Part shown: positions 57,082 to 64,000 of the stretch, piece by piece
Layout: every line of letters starts with the position of its first letter
How positions within the stretch are numbered: the first letter of the stretch is position 1
From: Abditibacterium sp.
Lineage (GTDB): Bacteria > Armatimonadota > Abditibacteriia > Abditibacteriales > Abditibacteriaceae
Length of the DNA: 64,000 nucleotides
NCBI GenBank assembly: GCA_965199495.1
Contig: CBDASK010000003.1
Span: 1,920,001 to 1,984,000 of the forward strand
Direction: 5' to 3'
Translations under genes and position numbers: made by a program
Notes under the pieces: generated by a model
Told to the model about the DNA's origin: nothing
Databases searched by the model: none
What the model saw: the letters and a program-made list of their open reading frames with translations, nothing else

Positions 57082-57561
57082 ATGTCCGCGAAAATCGTTC
57101 AAATCAATGTCAACGCCAAAGGCGGCGTGCCCAAATTGCCCGTCGAACAAACGCGTCTGGGTTTCGAGCGCGTCGAAGGCGATAAACAGCGCAACCTGCG
57201 CGTTCACGGCGGGCCAAAGCGCGCGGTGTGTTTGTATTCGCTCGAAATCATCGAGAAACTGCGCGATGAAGGCCATCCGATTGAAAGCGGTTGGGCGGGC
57301 GAAAACTTGCTCGTTTCCGGTTTAAAATGGGACGAAATGGTGCCCGGCGTGCGCTTGCAAATTGGCGAGGCACAAATCGAGATTACGTCTTATGCCAATC
57401 CATGCAAGTTCATCGGCTACGCGTTTACAGACGACGATTTCAATCGCATTGGCCAGAAGCAGCATCCGGGTTGGAGCCGCATTTACGGACGCGTGACAAC
57501 CGAAGCGCAAGTCAAGGTGGGCGATGAAGTGCGCGTTTTGATTGATGAATCGGATGCCTAA
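57082..57561 (+). CDS. MOSC-domain protein
   Basis: GGVPKLP, HGGPKRAV, GENL, NPCK, GRV....VKVGD. Confidence 0.88.
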   Translation: MSAKIVQINVNAKGGVPKLPVEQTRLGFERVEGDKQRNLRVHGGPKRAVCLYSLEIIEKLRDEGHPIESGWAGENLLVSGLKWDEMVPGVRLQIGEAQIEITSYANPCKFIGYAFTDDDFNRIGQKQHPGWSRIYGRVTTEAQVKVGDEVRVLIDESDA

Positions 57562-57615
57562 ATTTGCGCACTCAAGTGCGCGCGATGCGCCCTATGATTC
57601 GTCAGACTTGGCGCC

Positions 57616-58131
57616 ATGTCAATTTCTCAAAATTGGATCGCAAAATTCGCCGGACGCGTTTTGGCGAGCGCGTTTATCGGTGGATTTTTCACCGCAATTA
57701 CCGGCGCGCTGTGTGTAGCCACGGCGGGCGCGTTGTTCGGTTGGATGCTCGATATTCGCAGCACGCCGCCCAGTTGGGACGGCGGATTTCTGTTTCCCGG
57801 CGCGTGGCTGGGCGCCACTTTAGGCAGTTATAGCGGATTCGTTGGCCTCTTCGCGGGCGGCGTGGCGGCATTAGGCGGCGGGCCGAAAGGCTCGATTGTG
57901 CCGTCGCGCGCTTTACTTCGTAACATCGCGTTGGGCCAGATATTAGGCACGGTGAGCGCGGTTTCCTCTTATTTGTTGTTCGCCCTGTGCGTTGCGCAAT
58001 TCAACGGCAACTCGTTTATCGGCACCGTCGAAGACAATCTCGAACTGGCGATTTATGGCGTGCCAGTTTCGATGGTTTGCGGTGCGATTATGGGCGCAAT
58101 TTCGGGACGCGCCAACGGGGCAACGCGATGA
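57616..58131 (+). CDS. Gly-rich membrane protein (paralog 1)
   Basis: GRVLASAFIGG, GQILGT, SMVCGAIMG. Confidence 0.65.
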   Translation: MSISQNWIAKFAGRVLASAFIGGFFTAITGALCVATAGALFGWMLDIRSTPPSWDGGFLFPGAWLGATLGSYSGFVGLFAGGVAALGGGPKGSIVPSRALLRNIALGQILGTVSAVSSYLLFALCVAQFNGNSFIGTVEDNLELAIYGVPVSMVCGAIMGAISGRANGATR

Positions 58132-58625
58132 ACAACGCGCGATTATTTGCGCTTTGGCTGATTCGCGTTTTAGTCAATGCGCTGGCGGGCGGTTTGGCGT
58201 TCGCGGTTGTCGGCGCGTTTTGCGGCGGCGGTGCGGTCTTATTTCCCGCCCTGATTATTTGCTTGCTCGAACATATTGGAATGGGTGAAGGCTCCATATT
58301 AGGAGTTATCATCGGCGCAAGTCTCGGAACAATATGCGGAATCGCGGGCATTTTTATTCATCTTTTTTTTGCATTAGGCGCGGAACCGGGCAAGTTCTGG
58401 CAACCATTCGTTGGCCTAACGGCGCGTATATCATGGGGGCAGATAGGAGGCACAATCGCCGCCTCTGCCGCGTTTATCGCATTTGAGTTAGTTCGGTCAC
58501 AATTCAATAGGGTCGAATTTTCTAACAATATTGGCAAAGACTGTATCCCGATTCTTTCCACTTTTTTCGTTCCCATTTCGATGATCCTCGGCGCCATCGC
58601 CGCCGCGATTTTGGGGCGCGATTAA
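58128..58625 (+). CDS. Gly-rich membrane protein (paralog 2)
   Basis: ATGA overlap with paralog 1; RVLVNALAGG, GQIGGT, SMILGAIA. Confidence 0.65.
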   Translation: MNNARLFALWLIRVLVNALAGGLAFAVVGAFCGGGAVLFPALIICLLEHIGMGEGSILGVIIGASLGTICGIAGIFIHLFFALGAEPGKFWQPFVGLTARISWGQIGGTIAASAAFIAFELVRSQFNRVEFSNNIGKDCIPILSTFFVPISMILGAIAAAILGRD

Positions 58626-58794
58626 ACCGCAAAACCGTCGCGTCCGATTATACTAAATCGTGATATTTCACTTATGGCCGATTCGCCTTGCGGAGCGCCG
58701 CGAAAGTCGTAAAATCATCATTGGTTATCCCTTCTGAGGATTTATCTCCCCACCAGGGTTTGTGCTAAAACCGCGCACTTCGAGGCGCACCGGC

Positions 58795-59541
58795 ATGAAC
58801 CTCTATCTCTTATTTTTCGCAACGGGCGCACTGGGAATGGTCGCTATGGCCATTCTCGGAGTCGCCGGAAGTCACGGCGGTGGGCACGCGCATAGCAGCC
58901 ACGGCGCCACTTCTCATTCTCACGCGGGCGCGGCTCATGCCGCCACGCACATCGCTGTCGTCGGACGCGGCGCGGCGGGCGCGCGCATCGCGGGCGCCAA
59001 AGTTGGTGGCGCGCGCGTGACCGGTGCGAAAACTTCCGGCGCGCGCGCGAGCGGCGCGCGTGGCAATCGTGGCGCGCGGGCCAATGCTGGCGGGCGCGGC
59101 AGTTTCAAAGACGCGCTCGCAAGTTGGCTTTCGCCGCGCGTTTTGTTCACCGTTGCGCTGGGCATCGGCGCGACGGGCTTGTTGTTAGAGCCAGTTCTCT
59201 CCAACGAAATCGCGCGCGCGGCGTTGTCCGTCGCGGGCGGATTATTGCTGGAAAAAGCGATTGTGGCGCCGTTATGGGAACTGCTGATGCGGTTCGGTTC
59301 GTCGCCCGCGCGCACGCTCGAAAGCGCTGTTTTGGAAGAAGCCGTCGCGCTCACGGCGTTCGATTCCAGCGGTTGCGGCCTGGTTGCAATTACGCTCGAC
59401 GGCCACGAAATGCGCGCTCTGGCGCGCCTCAAACCCGGCGAAGGTTTGCCGCCGCCGCGCGTGCGGACGGGCGATGTTCTCATCGTCGAAAGCGTTGATG
59501 CCACGCGCGGTCAATGCGTTGTTTCAGCTCTGGGCGAATAA
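58795..59541 (+). CDS. NfeD/YqiJ-like membrane protein with C-terminal OB fold
   Basis: N-terminal TM, His-rich then Gly/Arg-rich loop, two TMs, C-terminal GLVAITLDG...VRTGDVLIVESVD; directly upstream of the SPFH gene. Confidence 0.7.
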   Translation: MNLYLLFFATGALGMVAMAILGVAGSHGGGHAHSSHGATSHSHAGAAHAATHIAVVGRGAAGARIAGAKVGGARVTGAKTSGARASGARGNRGARANAGGRGSFKDALASWLSPRVLFTVALGIGATGLLLEPVLSNEIARAALSVAGGLLLEKAIVAPLWELLMRFGSSPARTLESAVLEEAVALTAFDSSGCGLVAITLDGHEMRALARLKPGEGLPPPRVRTGDVLIVESVDATRGQCVVSALGE

Positions 59542-59667
59542 ATTCGCAGCCAGAAAAAATCGTCGGCCTGCGCCGACGGGTCGCAACTGCTATTGCGACG
59601 AACTGTTCTTCGGACAAGTAATTTCTTCGCGTCGGCGTAGGCCGACGCTTATGCTGGCTGCGAATTT
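59540..59667. repeat. Nested palindromic element between the NfeD-like and flotillin genes
   Basis: AAATTCGCAGCCAG..CGTCGGCCTGCGCCGACG...CGTCGGCGTAGGCCGACG..CTGGCTGCGAATTT. Confidence 0.7.
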
Positions 59668-59700
59668 ATTCGCTCCACAACCCAATTTCCAAAAACCAAA

Positions 59701-61185
59701 ATGTCTCCACTCATCATTATCGGCGCCGTATTGCTGATCCTTCTGTTCATTGTTCCGCTCACCGTCACCTCGTTTTTGCGCAACGTCGAGGCCGGAACCA
59801 TCCGCCTCGTCACGCGCTGGGGCGGCACCACAACGATTTATCGCGGGCCGGGCAAATCGTTTGAAATTCCGCTTTTCACGACCGGAACCACGATTTCGTC
59901 CAAAGCCATCAACGTTGACCTCGACATCACCGACCAAACCGCCGACCTCGACCGCAACGGCATTCCCGCGCCCATTAAAGTGCGCGTTTTGGCTTCGGCC
60001 ATCGTTTCGGTTGGCGATACCGACAGCCTGATTCAGACCGGCGCCAACCGCTTTTTCTCCAAGCCGCAAAACGAACAAATCAACATTTTGATTGATTTGT
60101 TGTCATCGTCGGGCCGCCGCGCGGTCAACTTGCTGACGCACGACCAACTGTTTTCGGCGAAAAGTTCGACGCCTCAGGCTGCCATCGAACCGGCTTCGAC
60201 GGCGATTCAGGCGCACGCCGCCGAAGACGACGACGATCCGTTGGCAATTATCATTCGCAAAGCCTGTTCGCGCGAGCTGACCGATTTGGGCTTGATTTTC
60301 AATTCGCTCAACATCAAAGTCGTGCAATCGGAAGTCGCCGAAGCGCGCCGCCGCATGAGCGCCGTCGAAGCCCAAGCCAACGCCGACATCGTCGCCGCCA
60401 ACCAAGCGCGCCGCTCGCAGGAAGCCAAAATCGAAGCCGAACGCGCCATCTCCGACGCGCAACGCGGTCTGGAAGAAAACAAAGCCGCCAACGCCGCTTT
60501 GGTTCAAGAAGCCGAAATCAAGAAAGTTCAGGCGCTCGAAATCGCCGAAGCCAAACGCAAAGAGGCCGCTTCGACGGCTCAGGCCAGCGCCGACATCATC
60601 GCCGCGCAACAGGCGTTGCGCGCGCGCGAAGCCCAATTGGAAGCCGACAGCAAAGTCTCGAACGCGCAGCGCGAACTCGAAACCACGCGCGCTGGCAACC
60701 TGGCTTTGGTCGCCGCCGCCGAAGCCAAACGTCAAGACGCTTTGGCGATTCAGCGCACCGCCGAACTTAAAGCCACGCAAATCGCGCAAGCCACCGCCGA
60801 CGCCGAGCGCGTAAAAATTGACGCGATGGCGGGCGCCGAAGCCGAAGCCGTGCGCATCGAACGCGTCGCCACGGCGCAGGCGCAAAGCATCCGCGAAGTC
60901 AACAAAGCGATCAGCGAAGGCGGCGAAGCGTATTTGCGCTTGCGCCAACTCGAACTGATGCCCGAAATCGCGCCCGAAATCGCGAGGGCGTTGGCGCAGG
61001 CCAAAATGATCACGATTAGCGGAAGCGGCGACGCGGCCAATCAGACGACCGGCCAGATTTCGCAGGTGATTCAAACGATGCTCGCCGCGCAATTGGTGGG
61101 CAAAGGTGGCGCGCTCGATATGAATAACACGCCCGCATTGAACGGCAACGGCAACGGCGTGGCTGCTAACGGCGCGGAGAAATAA
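59701..61185 (+). CDS. SPFH/flotillin-family protein
   Basis: N-terminal TM, band-7-like domain, long AEA-rich coiled coil, C-terminal QLELMPEIA. Confidence 0.82.
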   Translation: MSPLIIIGAVLLILLFIVPLTVTSFLRNVEAGTIRLVTRWGGTTTIYRGPGKSFEIPLFTTGTTISSKAINVDLDITDQTADLDRNGIPAPIKVRVLASAIVSVGDTDSLIQTGANRFFSKPQNEQINILIDLLSSSGRRAVNLLTHDQLFSAKSSTPQAAIEPASTAIQAHAAEDDDDPLAIIIRKACSRELTDLGLIFNSLNIKVVQSEVAEARRRMSAVEAQANADIVAANQARRSQEAKIEAERAISDAQRGLEENKAANAALVQEAEIKKVQALEIAEAKRKEAASTAQASADIIAAQQALRAREAQLEADSKVSNAQRELETTRAGNLALVAAAEAKRQDALAIQRTAELKATQIAQATADAERVKIDAMAGAEAEAVRIERVATAQAQSIREVNKAISEGGEAYLRLRQLELMPEIAPEIARALAQAKMITISGSGDAANQTTGQISQVIQTMLAAQLVGKGGALDMNNTPALNGNGNGVAANGAEK

Positions 61186-61187
61186 AT

Positions 61188-61276
61188 GCAAAGAGCGGGG
61201 CTGACGCACCCTTCCAATCTGTATGCTTTCGATGAAAGCATACAGATTGGAAGGGTGCGTCAGCCCCGCTCTTTGC
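61188..61276. repeat. Perfect 43-bp-arm hairpin (same family as 16353-16430)
   Basis: GCAAAGAGCGGGGCTGACGCACCCTTCCAATCTGTATGCTTTC-GAT-inverse. Confidence 0.85.
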
Positions 61277-61291
61277 GTCACACTTGCAATT

Positions 61292-61822
61292 ATGAAATCT
61301 GACGCGCGCTGGATGACGATATTGGCGGGCCGCGTTCTGGCGAATGCGCTTGTTGGCGGCATAACTTTCGCATTCGTTGGTGCGTTATGTGTCGGCTTAG
61401 CGGGTGGAATTATTGGCATAGCTTTGGATGGGTGGTCGCGCACCTTCAGTCCTGCAGCAGGTTATGGATTTTTTGGTGCATTTATTGGCGCCAAAGTGGG
61501 AGCATTCGACGGAATTGTGGGCGTCTTTCTCTTCGCGATTGCGACGATTCGAGCAAAACCGGGACGTTTATTAAAGCCGTTTAGTGCGCTTATCGGACGC
61601 GTAATTACAGGACAAATTACAGGCACAATGGGCGCGCTCACTTCTTTCATGATATTCGAGTTTGTTAAAACCCTGATAATAAGCCGAGGTTTTTCCCAAA
61701 ACGTTTTTGATGATTTACTCTGGATATTGTTCGGCACGCCCATCCTGATGATTTGCGGCGCCATCGCTGGAGCGTTAACCAAACGCGATTTGCCCAAAGT
61801 CGCCACACTTAATGCGGAATGA
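61292..61822 (+). CDS. Gly-rich membrane protein (paralog 3)
   Basis: GRVLANALVGG, GQITGT, LMICGAIAG; stop overlaps the hisB start. Confidence 0.65.
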   Translation: MKSDARWMTILAGRVLANALVGGITFAFVGALCVGLAGGIIGIALDGWSRTFSPAAGYGFFGAFIGAKVGAFDGIVGVFLFAIATIRAKPGRLLKPFSALIGRVITGQITGTMGALTSFMIFEFVKTLIISRGFSQNVFDDLLWILFGTPILMICGAIAGALTKRDLPKVATLNAE

Positions 61823-62415
61823 GAACTTCGCACATCACGCGCAACACCAACGAAACGCAAATCGAACTCGAACTCAACCTCGACGGTTCGGGAAAATTCG
61901 ACATCAATTTGCCCGACGCGGCGGGTCTGCCGTTTCTGGCGCATATGCTCGAACAATGGACGCGGCACGGGCGTTTCGATTTGACGATTCGCGCGACCGG
62001 CGACACCGAAATTGACGGGCATCATCTGGTGGAAGATTTGGGCATCGCCTTAGGTTTGGCCTTAAACGAAGCGGTCGGCGATAAACGCGGCATCGCGCGT
62101 TACGGGTTTTTCATCGCGCCGATGGACGAAGTGTTGATGCTGTGCGCCGTTGATTTTTGCGGGCGCGCTTATTTGCAGCTCGATTGGGAATTGAAGCAAG
62201 ATCGGTTGGGCGATTTCGACGTGCATCTGTTGCGCGAATTTTGGCTCGGACTGGCCAACAACGCGCGTATCAATTTGCATATTCGGCAGCAAACTGGTGG
62301 CAACGCGCATCATGTTATCGAAGCGAGTTTCAAAGCATTGGCGCGCGCGATGCGCGCGGCGCTTGCGGTTGATGGCGACGAATTGCCGACGACGAAAGGC
62401 AAATTGGGCGAGTAG
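61819..62415 (+). CDS. hisB: Imidazoleglycerol-phosphate dehydratase (monofunctional)
   Basis: RNTNET, FLAHML, IDGHHLVED, PMDE, NAHHVIEASFKA, PTTKG. Confidence 0.96.
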   Translation: MRTSHITRNTNETQIELELNLDGSGKFDINLPDAAGLPFLAHMLEQWTRHGRFDLTIRATGDTEIDGHHLVEDLGIALGLALNEAVGDKRGIARYGFFIAPMDEVLMLCAVDFCGRAYLQLDWELKQDRLGDFDVHLLREFWLGLANNARINLHIRQQTGGNAHHVIEASFKALARAMRAALAVDGDELPTTKGKLGE

Positions 62416-62427
62416 CAACTTTCAGTT

Positions 62428-62555
62428 TTTATTTCACACAAAGAACACGAAGTTTACACAAAGTTCACACAAAAAAATTTTATTTCAATGCTCCAAGTTT
62501 GCTTCAAACTCTTTGTGTTCTTTGTGTGAGCTTCGTGTTCTTTGTGTGAAATAAA
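62428..62555. repeat. Palindrome of CACAAAG-type repeats
   Basis: TTTATTTCACACAAAGAACACGAAG...CTTCGTGTTCTTTGTGTGAAATAAA. Confidence 0.78.
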
Positions 62556-62560
62556 CGTTT

Positions 62561-63013
62561 ATGATTCAAGACCACTGGACGACCGTCGCGCACGCGCAAT
62601 TGGAAGCGATTGCCGAAATGATGCGCGGTCGCTTGGAAGCTGAGGGCATCGAAGCGGTTTTGCGCGGCAACCGTGTCGCAGGCGCGGCGGGTGTCGTCAA
62701 TGAATTGAACATTTCGTGGAGTAATCCTCTGGGCGGCATCGAAGTGCGCGTGCGGCCCGAAGATGTCGAACGAGCGAAAGAAATTTTGGCGGTTGACGAG
62801 CGGGCCGCAGACGAGCCACGGCGCCGGTTGGAAACGCCGTGGTGGGCACAAGCCTTGGGCGCGTGGTATGGCGCCGTGGCTGGATTAATGGTGGCTGGCA
62901 TTTTCCAGCCACCAGGAATTTGGATTTCGGTCGTGGCGGCAATCGCAGGTTATGCGTTGGTTTTGTGGATTGGACGGCGGCGCGGGACACACAACGATTC
63001 CGAGCCAATTTAG
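62561..63013 (+). CDS. DUF2007-like putative signal-transducing membrane protein
   Basis: AEMMRGRLEAEGIEA, IEVRVRPEDVERAKEIL, two C-terminal TMs. Confidence 0.72.
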   Translation: MIQDHWTTVAHAQLEAIAEMMRGRLEAEGIEAVLRGNRVAGAAGVVNELNISWSNPLGGIEVRVRPEDVERAKEILAVDERAADEPRRRLETPWWAQALGAWYGAVAGLMVAGIFQPPGIWISVVAAIAGYALVLWIGRRRGTHNDSEPI

Positions 63014-63076
63014 CCCGCGCGCAACACAAACGCGGTAAACCTACTTTCACGTTTGGCCGTTGCAATGGCCCTTAGC

Positions 63077-63682
63077 ATGATTACGATTCTCGATTATTCG
63101 GTTAACAACCTGCGCTCGGTGCAAAAAGCCTTTGAGCATCTGGGCCACAAAACTCAAGTGACCGCCGATCCCGACATCGTCGCGCGCGCCGAAAAATTGG
63201 TTTTGCCCGGCGTCGGCGCCTTCGGGCACGCGATGAAAAACCTGCGCGAACGCGAGTTAATCGAACCGGTTTTAGAAGCCGTCACATCGGGCAAAACTAT
63301 CATGGGCGTTTGCCTGGGCATGCAACTGTTGTTCGATTGGAGCGAAGAACTGGGGTTGCATCAGGGTTTGGGAATAGTGGCGGGCAAAGTCGTTAAATTT
63401 CCCGATGTGCCCGATTTGAAAGTGCCACACATGGGCTGGAGTCGTTTGGATTTCCCGCGTCCCTCGCGCTTATTTTCCGGCTTGGAAAACGGCGATATGA
63501 CGTATTTCGTGCATTCCTATCATGTTTTGCCCGAAGACGAAAACGTAATCGTGGCGCGCGGGCATCACGGGACGCCGTTTGTCGCGGGTGTCGAGCGCGG
63601 GAATGTGATGGGCGCGCAGTTTCACCCGGAAAAATCGAGCGCGGTCGGGCTGAAAATTTTGGATAATTTTGGGAGACTTTAA
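63077..63682 (+). CDS. hisH: IGP synthase glutaminase subunit
   Basis: ILDY..NLRSV, LPGVGAFG, GVCLGMQ, VPHMGW, YFVHSY, QFHPEKS. Confidence 0.96.
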   Translation: MITILDYSVNNLRSVQKAFEHLGHKTQVTADPDIVARAEKLVLPGVGAFGHAMKNLRERELIEPVLEAVTSGKTIMGVCLGMQLLFDWSEELGLHQGLGIVAGKVVKFPDVPDLKVPHMGWSRLDFPRPSRLFSGLENGDMTYFVHSYHVLPEDENVIVARGHHGTPFVAGVERGNVMGAQFHPEKSSAVGLKILDNFGRL

Positions 63683-64000
63683 ATGGAAAAGCAAAAGGCG
63701 CAGGAGATTTTGAGCGCGGCGCGCGAGCATGGAAACCTCGTGTCGGTTTATCAGAGTTACTATTCGATCAATTTTTCGGCGGGTTTTGTCAGCGCCTTTT
63801 CCGACGATGAAGTCGTCATCGAAAGCCTGACGCCGCGCGGGCAATGTAGCGGTTGGCTGTCGCGCAAATTCGATAATATCGTGCGCATTGACACCGGCGG
63901 GCGCTACGAAGAAACGCTGCTTTCGTTGCACCGCGCGCGTGGCGGCGGGCATCGCGCCGATTTTTTGCCGACGCTCGATTTGACCAGCAACGTGCGCGTC
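63683..64000 (+). CDS. Hypothetical protein; 3' end runs off the window
   Basis: ATG immediately after the hisH stop; open to the window end (MEKQKAQEILSAAREHGNLVSVY...). Confidence 0.55.
   Translation, partial: MEKQKAQEILSAAREHGNLVSVYQSYYSINFSAGFVSAFSDDEVVIESLTPRGQCSGWLSRKFDNIVRIDTGGRYEETLLSLHRARGGGHRADFLPTLDLTSNVRV

Noticed and set aside
9617..62555. CRISPR array or integron attC array interpretation of the repeats
   Set aside because: The repeats are dispersed inverted pairs, not regularly spaced direct repeats; no cas or integron-integrase gene is present

Overview
A GC-rich (~55-60% by eye) bacterial chromosomal window. The H-X9-DG-type proteins and overall gene repertoire suggest Abditibacteriota/Armatimonadota, but this is inference only. 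Housekeeping content includes thiC, an M16 protease, a cyclophilin, ybaB-recR-recQ, an endonuclease III-like gene, aroE, glgA, a large GH13, SulP, tRNA-Ala(TGC), an ABC-F/Uup protein, pnuC plus a NadR-like gene, GH1, ppk1, a ROK kinase, NfeD-like plus flotillin, hisB and hisH, interspersed with orphan and paralogous genes. Four things stand out. (1) An intact IS110/IS621-type element (15052-16315) whose bridge RNA can be decoded by eye: the target guides match the actual flanks, the donor guides match the circle junction, and the junction rebuilds a TTGACG-N17-TATGTT promoter. (2) The programmed target is the left terminal inverted repeat of a ~156-bp MITE. (3) A non-palindromic 9-mer, GCAGCCACG, occurs about 28 times by hand count against roughly 1 expected, in both orientations and mostly inside genes; it is a candidate DNA-uptake, Chi-like or HIP-like signal. 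(4) There are several families of long intergenic palindromes (REP/REPIN/MITE-like) and several decayed copies of neighbouring genes' 3' ends. All family assignments come from motif recognition, not from database searches.
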